Virus record (IMG/VR): IMGVR_UViG_3300017721_001070
DNA from: an uncultured virus (IMG/VR IMGVR_UViG_3300017721_001070)
Lineage: Duplodnaviria; Heunggongvirae; Uroviricota; Caudoviricetes; Kyanoviridae
Strand: one strand, 5' to 3'
DNA length: 64,000 bases
Within the stretch, counting starts at the first letter, position 1. Every line of letters begins with the position of its first letter. Positions 9,177 through 17,473 of this stretch are shown piece after piece. A program made the position numbers and the translations under genes. The notes under the pieces were generated by a model. The model was not told where the DNA came from. It saw nothing but the letters and a program-made list of their open reading frames with translations, and ran no database searches.

Positions 9177-9226
9177 ATAGGGTGTTCCGATTGTAGAGTG
9201 TGCCGCACGAAAAGACACACAAGTAT

Positions 9227-9664
9227 TTATTCAGATTCTTCTACCTTCCTTTTCTTTCCAATGTTATATTTGGTCTCTAGAACCCAATCACCCTTCTCTT
9301 TATATGCAAGAACTTTGATTTGATTCAGTGGTGCAATATTCTGAATCATATCAGCCTGACAGACTCCAATCAAACCCCAATCAGCTAAAAGTTGTACAAT
9401 ACGGTTACGTCTTTGTAAATCATTAACAGTGAAATTTGCTTTCTTGCCGTCAAGAGCAAAGAGTTCTTTAAAATGTACAATGAAATATTTACCTTGCTTA
9501 TGTAAAATATGGCAGGATTGATATAATTTCTTTTCTTTTCGTGATGCTACACCAATACGGGTTAGAGTTTCACGAACCTTAAGGAAATCATCTGGTTCAT
9601 TCAAATTGACCTCGATCATTTGATCGGGTGCCCACATTACTTCAGGTTCATTAACGATGCTCAT
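9227..9664 (-). CDS. regA: Translational repressor RegA
   Basis: DDFLKVRETLTRIGVAS, LYQSCHILHKQGKYFIVHFKELF. Confidence 0.97.
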   Translation of the reverse strand: MSIVNEPEVMWAPDQMIEVNLNEPDDFLKVRETLTRIGVASRKEKKLYQSCHILHKQGKYFIVHFKELFALDGKKANFTVNDLQRRNRIVQLLADWGLIGVCQADMIQNIAPLNQIKVLAYKEKGDWVLETKYNIGKKRKVEESE

Positions 9665-10047
9665 TTTGTTCCTCCAGTCTCAAGTTTAGATTTTATAAAG
9701 TCGATTTGAGTTTTCGTTAGAATTTTCAAAGCCTGGAGTGCTTTTTCATTACTATAACCATAGTAAGACTTCACACATTCAAGATCTTTGATTGCTTCTT
9801 TACGAAGCCACGGAGAGAATCTCTTCCGTTTCCTGACACTATTTAGAAGAAAGTCATACTGTAACTTTTTGTCAAGAGATGGATTCAAATTCATCTCATT
9901 TACATACATTAAACAATCAAGTTCTCCAGATAGACAACGATTGATTACATATGGAGTATAGTGTCTTTTTAAATCTTGATCTTCATCAATAAGATTAATC
10001 TTTGTAAGGTTGATTGTGTTCAACCAATCTTTTAATTCAGGTTTCAT
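9661..10047 (-). CDS. gp62: Clamp loader small subunit gp62
   Basis: YTPYVINRCLS, RKRKRFSPW, YYGYSNEKA; adjacent to regA. Confidence 0.93.
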   Translation of the reverse strand: MKPELKDWLNTINLTKINLIDEDQDLKRHYTPYVINRCLSGELDCLMYVNEMNLNPSLDKKLQYDFLLNSVRKRKRFSPWLRKEAIKDLECVKSYYGYSNEKALQALKILTKTQIDFIKSKLETGGTK

Positions 10048-10049
10048 AA

Positions 10050-10643
10050 TTAATAACTTGCACTCTTTTGAAATAAAAAACTAGTAATAACGTATTTACT
10101 ATTACTATAAGGTATAGCACCTCGGTGGAGGAATTGCCAACTAGCTGGAAAGAATAAGATTGATCCCGCCTTTGGTTTCACTTTATTCCCAGAAAGAAAC
10201 TCAGTACATCCACCAACTTCAACATCATTTAGATATATTATGATTGCAACTGTTCTAAATCCATCAATACCTTCTGTGCAAAGATCATGATGCCAATGAA
10301 ACCACCCATCACCTTTTTCATATTTTTTGATTAAATATCCAGTATCCGAATAGTCATTTGATAATGTTAGTACTGAATCACAATGTTGATTTATTTGATT
10401 TACATATTTTGTAGAGTATTCACTGACATATCCAAATATAGATTTGTCAATATCTTCAAATTCTAAACATTCACCAACAAGTATTTCTGTACTCCTCTTT
10501 GATTCGTTTTCTACTTGGCCGTCTACTGTTGCAGCGAGACCCTTGGATTTGCATGAACTATTCTCAAACTTTTCAATGATATGATGGCATAATTGTTTAG
10601 GTATTGCTTCATCATATATGACTATGTAATCTTCATACTTCAT
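10050..10643 (-). CDS. 2OG-Fe(II) oxygenase (prolyl-4-hydroxylase-like)
   Basis: WHHD, IIYLNDVEVGGCTEF, FFPASWQFLHRG, KY. Confidence 0.9.
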   Translation of the reverse strand: MKYEDYIVIYDEAIPKQLCHHIIEKFENSSCKSKGLAATVDGQVENESKRSTEILVGECLEFEDIDKSIFGYVSEYSTKYVNQINQHCDSVLTLSNDYSDTGYLIKKYEKGDGWFHWHHDLCTEGIDGFRTVAIIIYLNDVEVGGCTEFLSGNKVKPKAGSILFFPASWQFLHRGAIPYSNSKYVITSFLFQKSASY

Positions 10644-10783
10644 TTGAAAACCGCAGTAACACTAACAACTGTTGCACCAGGGTTACGGGCAATAGCAACC
10701 TTACGTGCATCTTGATAATCAACAGCAATCACTTCTTCTTTGAATACAGTGCCTGCTTTGAACAAAGTAACTTCACACTTCAT
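10640..10783 (-). CDS. Small conserved hypothetical protein (47 aa, MKCEVTLFKAGTVFKEEVIAVDYQDARKVAIARNPGATVVSVTAVFK)
   Basis: Translated manually; ATGA overlap with the downstream gene. Confidence 0.75.
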   Translation of the reverse strand: MKCEVTLFKAGTVFKEEVIAVDYQDARKVAIARNPGATVVSVTAVFK

Positions 10784-11438
10784 CTTTACCTTTCACAGAG
10801 AAATAAACATTTCCAGAGATAGAAACTCTGAACTCATCACTTGTATAGAATGGATAAACTTGATGCATCATTTGTGATGGAAAAAACATCATATTCCATT
10901 CATAAGACTTATCAACTTTTATCTTTTCATTATTTAGCCTACCAAACGCATCAATTGTAGTAAATTCAAATAATGAAGTTGCATTTTCATTATCATTTAC
11001 ACTATCAGAATAGACTTTAAATTCATCATCTAGGTTATATGGAATTTTCACCCAAATAACAAAACTAAAGACTCCAGTATGATTGTGAATTGGATTGAAA
11101 TTATATTTTTTTGAATAATTTACCCAGACTCTAGAAAGATTAAAATCATAATCTTGATCACAATTGTCAAGGTCAAAAACATCAAATAAATTTATTCCAA
11201 AAACTTTCCCATATTCCTCAGACAAAGACTCAGTAAGATACTTTAAATTTGGTGTTATTGGAAGCTTATATTCCTTTTCATTATGCCCAACTAAAAACAT
11301 ACAAAAAGGATCTTTATCACTCTTGAGGTTATCAAGAGTTTGTGACAGTTCTTGTCTTACTATTTCAGGAACTTTGCATGTCAAGTATCCAGGACTTGAA
11401 ATCCAAGTTGAATTATACTCAAAGTTAAAACTAGTCAT
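10773..11438 (-). CDS. Putative 2OG-Fe(II) oxygenase (TIGR02466-like, HxH type)
   Basis: WVNY...FNPIHNH..FSFVIW, FFPSQMMHQVYPF, RVSISGN. Confidence 0.8.
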   Translation of the reverse strand: MTSFNFEYNSTWISSPGYLTCKVPEIVRQELSQTLDNLKSDKDPFCMFLVGHNEKEYKLPITPNLKYLTESLSEEYGKVFGINLFDVFDLDNCDQDYDFNLSRVWVNYSKKYNFNPIHNHTGVFSFVIWVKIPYNLDDEFKVYSDSVNDNENATSLFEFTTIDAFGRLNNEKIKVDKSYEWNMMFFPSQMMHQVYPFYTSDEFRVSISGNVYFSVKGKDEV

Positions 11439-12547
11439 CGAATAATTTGAATGTCATCAGTTTCAGTCCAGAGTTCGATCACATTACGAAATCTACCTTC
11501 AGACTTGAGTTTCTCATAACGCTTACCTGCTTTCTTTTTCCACCACTTGATAATATTATCAAGATCATGTTTCTCCCAATTCTGACCATGACGAAGAGTT
11601 TTCTCTTCGCCAGATAGAACCTCCCGAACATTCTCGTAACCAAAAGATGAAGTGTAGAACCTTTTCTTCTCAGTAAGTGAGAATGCTTTTGCAATCACAT
11701 TATTAAACTGAGTCAGTTTCTCTACATCATCAAGAGATTTTTTGATGATAGAAATCATTTTGGTTTGCCTTTTCATCTTCTTAGAAGATGCCTTGTTATC
11801 CGTGAGAGGTTCACCGCCATTTAAGTAAGTGAACCGATCATGTAGAAGATGGAACTGTTCATCATGAAGCAGTGGAGTAAATTTACTCTCAGTCAAACCA
11901 CGATACCTAATGAAAGGTTTTAAGCCATCATATTGAGATGCTGATGTGGTCGAACCATAAAGAGATGTAGTTTCAAATAGGGCAATATCTTTCTCAAATT
12001 TCTCACTGATAAACTCCCTAGCAAAGTGAGAGCAACACATAAGTGAAAGCAACTTACCACCCAAAAAGTTATATCCAAAAGGTTGAGTCGGAACAATCAC
12101 AAAACCCATACAGGCATGACGATTGAACAGACTAAGATCTGGTGCCTTACCAAGCCATAGATTCCTAGGTTTGGAATTAATTGTTGGTGATCCAAGACGG
12201 ATGAATCCAACAATAGTATTAGTCGTGGTCTCTTTTACAATCCACTTGTGTTCTCTTCCAGGAATATTAGATTCGTTATTATGAGAAGAGACAGATGCAA
12301 GTAAACTCTTGTAATACTTTTGATCAAGTCCACCCTTACCAACAGGAATCATAGAAAATTCCATGTCTTCTGGATGAATATCAAAATTAAAAATATCCTC
12401 AGAAAACGATGATACAGAAGACATCCCATCAAGAACTTCTTTCTTCACATAGCGAAGATAGTCCTCAATACCATTGAGGTTTTCAAAGTATGAGATGAAT
12501 TCATCTGCAGCCCAAAGTGCATCATCGTGGGATATCGTATTGATCAT
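11435..12547 (-). CDS. DUF4338 / DruA-like protein
   Basis: GFIRLGSP..NSKPRN, VPTQPFGYNFLGGKLL, FETTSLYG..SQY, GLT motifs. Confidence 0.7.
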   Translation of the reverse strand: MINTISHDDALWAADEFISYFENLNGIEDYLRYVKKEVLDGMSSVSSFSEDIFNFDIHPEDMEFSMIPVGKGGLDQKYYKSLLASVSSHNNESNIPGREHKWIVKETTTNTIVGFIRLGSPTINSKPRNLWLGKAPDLSLFNRHACMGFVIVPTQPFGYNFLGGKLLSLMCCSHFAREFISEKFEKDIALFETTSLYGSTTSASQYDGLKPFIRYRGLTESKFTPLLHDEQFHLLHDRFTYLNGGEPLTDNKASSKKMKRQTKMISIIKKSLDDVEKLTQFNNVIAKAFSLTEKKRFYTSSFGYENVREVLSGEEKTLRHGQNWEKHDLDNIIKWWKKKAGKRYEKLKSEGRFRNVIELWTETDDIQIIR

Positions 12548-13485
12548 TTAAAATTACACTCCACCATAATTTCTGTCAGTGCTGCCATCAGGTTGATCTC
12601 CTGATCAGCAACAAAAGCGATTTGATATTGATATTTAGCTATGATGAGTACTGCTGCTGCCACAGAAGGTCCCTCAAGGCGATCGTAGAGGGCATCATAG
12701 ACATTCCTAAGGATTGTACTAGGATCGTTATCCAAGTTGTTCACGACCCATTTACGGACCTCTTTGAAGTTCTTGGCCTGTAGGGATCGCATTAGACCAT
12801 CAATATTGACATCTGAGAATGTAGCAAGAATCCCAGAATCAATCTTACCTCCAACAGCGTAACGCTGACACTCATTAAGAACACGTCGCCAATCAGGGAA
12901 GTGCTTATTGATTAATTCTACCAGGACCTTGTTATCATATTCAATACCTTCTGCATCCAAGATTTCTTGGATACGCTTGAAGAACTTGGATGCAATTTGT
13001 GGTTTGTCCTTTTTAGTCGTGGAGAATTCAACAACTGCACATCTTGAGTGAAGTGGTTCGATGATTCTGTTTTTGTAGTTGCAGGTGAAGATGAATCTAC
13101 AGTTGTTATGAAACGCCTCAATATTCGCCCGTAAGAGGAGTTGTACATCATGGGTTGTGTTGTCAGCTTCATCAATAATGATGACTTTTGGTTTACCCAC
13201 TCCTTGAAGTGATACGGTCGAAGCAAAGTTCTTTGCTTGGTTTCTAACTGTGTCCAGAAATCGTCCTTCATCGGATCCATTGATGACATAACAATCTACT
13301 CCCAACTCTTTGCATAGTGCTTTAGCTACCGTAGTTTTACCACATCCTGCAGGTCCTGCAAGAAGCATATTAGGTATCTCACCTTTGTCTAGGAAGTCTT
13401 GAAAAGTCTTCTTGATATCTTCAGGGAGAATACATTCGTCAATAGTCTGAGGGCGATACTTTTCCACCCAGAGAAAGTCATTCAT
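12544..13485 (-). CDS. gp44: Clamp loader large subunit gp44
   Basis: LWVEKYRP, GPAGCGKTT, IIIDEAD, LHSRC. Confidence 0.97.
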   Translation of the reverse strand: MNDFLWVEKYRPQTIDECILPEDIKKTFQDFLDKGEIPNMLLAGPAGCGKTTVAKALCKELGVDCYVINGSDEGRFLDTVRNQAKNFASTVSLQGVGKPKVIIIDEADNTTHDVQLLLRANIEAFHNNCRFIFTCNYKNRIIEPLHSRCAVVEFSTTKKDKPQIASKFFKRIQEILDAEGIEYDNKVLVELINKHFPDWRRVLNECQRYAVGGKIDSGILATFSDVNIDGLMRSLQAKNFKEVRKWVVNNLDNDPSTILRNVYDALYDRLEGPSVAAAVLIIAKYQYQIAFVADQEINLMAALTEIMVECNFK

Positions 13486-13633
13486 GATAATCAATAATAA
13501 ATTTATCTTTCAAGTGCCAGTGAATGTCATCATGCACTTGTTGCATTGCATTGTGTTTGATTGCCCAATAATCATCATCATCGTCGATGAGGACATTGAC
13601 TTGGGTTTTCACATCAACTCGGATTGCTTTCAT
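13478..13633 (-). CDS. Small hypothetical protein (51 aa, MKAIRVDVKTQVNVLIDDDDDYWAIKH...)
   Basis: Translated manually; fills the gap with TGATG coupling. Confidence 0.7.
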   Translation of the reverse strand: MKAIRVDVKTQVNVLIDDDDDYWAIKHNAMQQVHDDIHWHLKDKFIIDYHE

Positions 13634-14160
13634 CACACCCACTCAGGTTTACGATCAGGAATACGAAGATAATTATCGCATACCCATGGTTTAGATGCAA
13701 TATACATCTTGTAAGCAGTAAATGTATCTATCGACTCATCATACTTCCACTCATCAGGCATAGCCCTAGCAAAGGGTGTAGGATGCTTCCCAGAGCGTCC
13801 TTGAGGATCAGAGGTAGGCAGTATATCCTTCGCTGCTAGAAGGGTCTTGTGGCAGGTGTGGACCTTACCATATCGAGCAGTGTACTCGTCGCACATAGCT
13901 AGTCCATGGGCAAGCAACCACTGCCAGTTGGTTACGAACTCATTCGCCCACTTAGTACATGGGTGGTTACGAAAAGCACCCTTCTCAGTAGCATAGGGAT
14001 TACCGTCTGCTTTGGGAAGGGTGCCAAAACCATGCCCCCATTTGTCAGAGCATACAATAGCAAGCATCTGACAGGTCTCTAGGGGCATCTTGACGATGTG
14101 CTTGTCAGGAAGAACCTGTGCGGATCTCCATGGACTGGGGTCTGTTGCGAAGATGTTCAT
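13633..14160 (-). CDS. Pyrimidine-dimer DNA glycosylase / endonuclease V-like protein
   Basis: MNIF...DKHIVKMPLETCQML, NHPCTKW, EYTARYGKVH, FARAMP. Confidence 0.75.
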   Translation of the reverse strand: MNIFATDPSPWRSAQVLPDKHIVKMPLETCQMLAIVCSDKWGHGFGTLPKADGNPYATEKGAFRNHPCTKWANEFVTNWQWLLAHGLAMCDEYTARYGKVHTCHKTLLAAKDILPTSDPQGRSGKHPTPFARAMPDEWKYDESIDTFTAYKMYIASKPWVCDNYLRIPDRKPEWV

Positions 14161-14329
14161 TGTCGTTCCAATGGCGGATTACTCCGCTAATAATAAAACA
14201 GTTAGTGACAAGATAAGAGAGGACAATGATAGACCGTATACCAGCTACGTAATTGTCGTAAGGTTTGGTTTTGTCATCAGAAAAACTCCCTAAGGAGTAT
14301 TTCCAAATACGTGCCACTCTCTTCATCAT
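14105..14329 (-). CDS. Conserved small membrane protein
   Basis: WKYSLGSFSDDKT..YDN, hydrophobic segment, GVIRHW. Confidence 0.75.
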   Translation of the reverse strand: MMKRVARIWKYSLGSFSDDKTKPYDNYVAGIRSIIVLSYLVTNCFIISGVIRHWNDNEHLRNRPQSMEIRTGSS

Positions 14330-15000
14330 CCATTATAGACCGAATCCGGCTCGAGTGCAATGAAATAGGTTAGGGTTTCACTCTCAGACTGATTGGTGAA
14401 TTCCGCAAGGCACTTCTTAGAAATAGTTACGTTGTAATTGCCAGGAAGAATTTTGATGTTCTCAACTTTAAAGTTGAAAGTAAACTCATCTTCAGTATCA
14501 CCAACAATAATAGAATGGTCATTTGAAGTATCATTCTTTTTATCGCGAACAGCCAAACGAATGACACCTGCACCACCAATCACAGATAGATCAGGAAGAT
14601 CTAGAGTATTTGCTGCCTGAAGAAGTTGACTCAAATGACTTGGAGTAATTGCAAATGAAACATCTTCACTGGGAAGAGTCAATTCTTTTTCTGGAGGAGA
14701 TACAATGACATTAGGATCAGCAAAGAAATAGCGAGAGCGATTACGTCCTTCTCGAACAGTTACATAACTATCATCAGTAAAATCTAGGTCAGGATCTTGA
14801 TATAATCGAATCACCTTCAGAAACTGTGGTAGATCATAGATTGCAAATGATTTTGCAAACTCTTCTTCAACTTGACACTCTGCAAGAATGTTCTTCATTA
14901 CAGAAATAGTGCGAATCTTTTTGCCAGCTTGAATATAGATTGACTGATTAATATCAGAGAAGTTGTTCAGAATAGCAAGAGTTTGCTTAGAAAGTTTCAT
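14326..15000 (-). CDS. gp45: Sliding clamp gp45
   Basis: MKLSKQTLAILNNFSDINQSI, FAIYDL, YFIALEPDS. Confidence 0.97.
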   Translation of the reverse strand: MKLSKQTLAILNNFSDINQSIYIQAGKKIRTISVMKNILAECQVEEEFAKSFAIYDLPQFLKVIRLYQDPDLDFTDDSYVTVREGRNRSRYFFADPNVIVSPPEKELTLPSEDVSFAITPSHLSQLLQAANTLDLPDLSVIGGAGVIRLAVRDKKNDTSNDHSIIVGDTEDEFTFNFKVENIKILPGNYNVTISKKCLAEFTNQSESETLTYFIALEPDSVYNG

Positions 15001-15583
15001 AATTATCAGAAGGAGGGGTATGGAGACCAGAGAAGTGGTAGAGAAGGATACAGTAGTGGATTGCCTTCAGAATGTCAAGCTTTGACTTGCCATTCTTCTT
15101 TCCAAAGCGGGAAAGATATTTTATTGCATTAGATCGACAGAAAGGTTCAGCATCACCGATACTTTCAATCAAATCGAGAGTCTGGGTTTTAGACTCTTGA
15201 GAAGTATAGTGAGATTTATAAGTTCCAGAAAGATATTCACGGACATCTTTAAGAGTTTTATCTTCTTCATACTGCCAGAATTTATTTTTTTCAGTGGAGT
15301 CTAGATTCAATTCAATTCTATCAACTCTCGAACCAAGTGCTTCCATATCACTATGCCCCCAGGGTGGCATATGATCATTACTATTCATCATTTCTTCCTT
15401 AAGTTTTGCGGTCAATACGTCATCGTTTGGGGAGCCTAGTGTAATAGAACCATTCGTATCAGTTTCTGGAACGTTGGAAATGTATTTCTCATAAGCATCA
15501 GTTGCAAATGAATCTAGTGGATCGTCATTCATAATGTTGTTGTTGTTCATTTCGTCGTAAAGCAAACTCCAGGAGTTAGTCAC
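14987..15583 (-). CDS. DUF3310-like protein
   Basis: C-terminal SHY...FCRSNAIKYLSRFGKKNG..DILKAIHY. Confidence 0.75.
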   Translation of the reverse strand: MTNSWSLLYDEMNNNNIMNDDPLDSFATDAYEKYISNVPETDTNGSITLGSPNDDVLTAKLKEEMMNSNDHMPPWGHSDMEALGSRVDRIELNLDSTEKNKFWQYEEDKTLKDVREYLSGTYKSHYTSQESKTQTLDLIESIGDAEPFCRSNAIKYLSRFGKKNGKSKLDILKAIHYCILLYHFSGLHTPPSDNYETF

Positions 15584-15586
15584 ATT

Positions 15587-16174
15587 CTACACCTCTTCAA
15601 ACATAAATGCAAGTGAAGTTCTACAATCCATACAAAATCTGTTGGGAGCTCCTCCTCGGTGTTCTAATCGAGCATTGAATAAACATCCTGTATTTGGAAC
15701 TGGATTTACATTGATATATTCTCCACCTTTTGTAGTCACAACAAACTGCCCATCCCAGGTGTAATCCCATTCTTCATTGATATAGATGACAAATGACCAA
15801 GCAGGATTAAATCCGTCTGCGTCTGTATAGTCAACATGCCAATCAGATTCCATACCAAAGAATTGAAAGTTAGTGTTGATTCTACACAACCGCAGATCCC
15901 GTTTTAATATTTTTTGTGCAGCATGTTTGGCATAAATTGAAGCATCCATGAATTTGAAATTCCACCCTATACCATTGTTAAACACATGTTTAAGGTGCCC
16001 AGATTGATCAACATGTTCACCAAATCTGGGTTGGCCACGATTTTCTCGTTTGTTCCAAACAATATGATTGTAAACAAACATAAATTCATCGTAGATCCCA
16101 TCGGCATAATCATCAGAAAAAATTTCTGATACCTGAAATACCTCACCGTCTTCAGATAGTTGTTTCCACTTCAT
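15587..16174 (-). CDS. 2OG-Fe(II) oxygenase
   Basis: WHVD, VIYINEEW..WDG, LFNARLEHRG, RTSLAF. Confidence 0.88.
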   Translation of the reverse strand: MKWKQLSEDGEVFQVSEIFSDDYADGIYDEFMFVYNHIVWNKRENRGQPRFGEHVDQSGHLKHVFNNGIGWNFKFMDASIYAKHAAQKILKRDLRLCRINTNFQFFGMESDWHVDYTDADGFNPAWSFVIYINEEWDYTWDGQFVVTTKGGEYINVNPVPNTGCLFNARLEHRGGAPNRFCMDCRTSLAFMFEEV

Positions 16175-17219
16175 TGTCTTCAAAATTTACGTCAACATCA
16201 ACTTTGTCATACAGTTCCATAAAGGACTGTTTAGTTTCATCATCAAAACGATTTAGGCACATTTGGATTGCTTTAGCTTTATCACTAAAGATTGAATATG
16301 CACGTATAATGTGAACTAAACGACGAGTACTGATTACTTCTTCTACACCACCATCATAGAATGTTTTACGGATAATATCCGCCCAATCAACCAGACGGTT
16401 AACAAATTGATTATCATCACAAATCTTACTGAGGATTCGTGATTCGATAGGAGGAGATGGATAAGATTGCTCAAAGGTTACAGGAAAACGCTCAAGAAAT
16501 GCTTCATTGAGAACGTTGGTACCAATGAAACGGCCGTCGTCAGAACCCTTACCCTTAGTGTTGGCAGTAGCGATGACGTTGAAACCAGCAGCAGGTTGTA
16601 CATAGCGACCAGTCTTCTTCAGAAAGACACCCTTACCTTCAAGGATAGATTGGAGACAGAGGATTTTGTTGCTAGCAAGATCAACCTCATCTAAAAGCAA
16701 CACAGTTCCCCTTTCCAGAGCCTCAACAACTGGTCCATTATGCCATACTGTTTCGCCATTAACAAGACGAAACCCCCCAATAAGATCATCCTCGTCAGTC
16801 TCAATAGTAATATTTACGCGAATCAATTCCCTATTTAGTTGGGCGCAAGCTTGCTCAACAGAGAACGTTTTACCATTTCCCGAAAGACCTGTAATGAACG
16901 TAGGATAGAAATAACGGGAGTGAATGATTTTACGAATATCTTTGAAGTTACCAAACTGGACGAAAGAATCATCTTTATGGGGGATGAGAGATTGTTCGAT
17001 AGCAGGCATAGCAGGAGGTGCCTGATAAGTTTTCTCAAGATTTTCTTGCACAGTCAAATTCCATTTACCGCGAGAAACTTTGTATTCATTGATTTTGTTG
17101 GTGACACTTTGATAATTATTACCATTCATGGCACACCATGCACGAATATCACCAGAAGATACCGTATCACCATAGAGGGACTTGAGAGAGGAAATAATGT
17201 AGTCTACTGATAGTGCCAT
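16152..17219 (-). CDS. cobS: CobS-like MoxR-type AAA+ ATPase
   Basis: GLSGNGKT, DDLIGG, LLLDEVD, ATANTKG, AFLERF, STRRL. Confidence 0.92.
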   Translation of the reverse strand: MALSVDYIISSLKSLYGDTVSSGDIRAWCAMNGNNYQSVTNKINEYKVSRGKWNLTVQENLEKTYQAPPAMPAIEQSLIPHKDDSFVQFGNFKDIRKIIHSRYFYPTFITGLSGNGKTFSVEQACAQLNRELIRVNITIETDEDDLIGGFRLVNGETVWHNGPVVEALERGTVLLLDEVDLASNKILCLQSILEGKGVFLKKTGRYVQPAAGFNVIATANTKGKGSDDGRFIGTNVLNEAFLERFPVTFEQSYPSPPIESRILSKICDDNQFVNRLVDWADIIRKTFYDGGVEEVISTRRLVHIIRAYSIFSDKAKAIQMCLNRFDDETKQSFMELYDKVDVDVNFEDNEVETTI

Positions 17220-17242
17220 GGGTGGGTTGTTTCAACAAAGTA

Positions 17243-17298
17243 ATTATACAAAAAAAGGGAGCACTTTGGAGTGCTCCCTGTGACACTTTAAAAAGTGG
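17243..17298 (-). promoter_or_regulatory. 21-bp dyad motif, terminator-like hairpin and -10 TATAAT upstream of cobS
   Basis: CCACTTTTTAAAGTGTCACAG (17298-17278); GGGAGCACT-CCAA-AGTGCTCCC-T7; TATAAT at 17248-17243. Confidence 0.7.
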
Positions 17299-17299
17299 A

Positions 17300-17449
17300 T
17301 CACTCCTCTTCAGATTCTTCTTCCTCCACTTCTTTCACTTCAGGTTTGGGTAGGGGCTGAGGTTTTGGAGCAGTGGGTCGGACGGGTTTTGCTGCAGGAA
17401 CTACCTGTGGTTCTTCATCCTTTAGAAAACGATCTGTAAATCTTCCCAT
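17300..17449 (-). CDS. Small Pro/Glu-rich protein (49 aa, MGRFTDRFLKDEEPQVVPAAKPVRPTAPKPQPLPKPEVKEVEEEESEEE)
   Basis: Translated manually; preceded by TAAATA cores and followed by a terminator. Confidence 0.7.
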   Translation of the reverse strand: MGRFTDRFLKDEEPQVVPAAKPVRPTAPKPQPLPKPEVKEVEEEESEEE

Positions 17450-17473
17450 ATTTATTATGCATTGCTGCATTAT

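Noticed and set aside
11435..12547. Complete Druantia defence system
   Set aside because: No DruE helicase or other dru genes in the window
16152..17219. Cobalamin biosynthesis role for cobS
   Set aside because: No cobN or other cob genes in the window; the partner has a peptidase-VWA architecture
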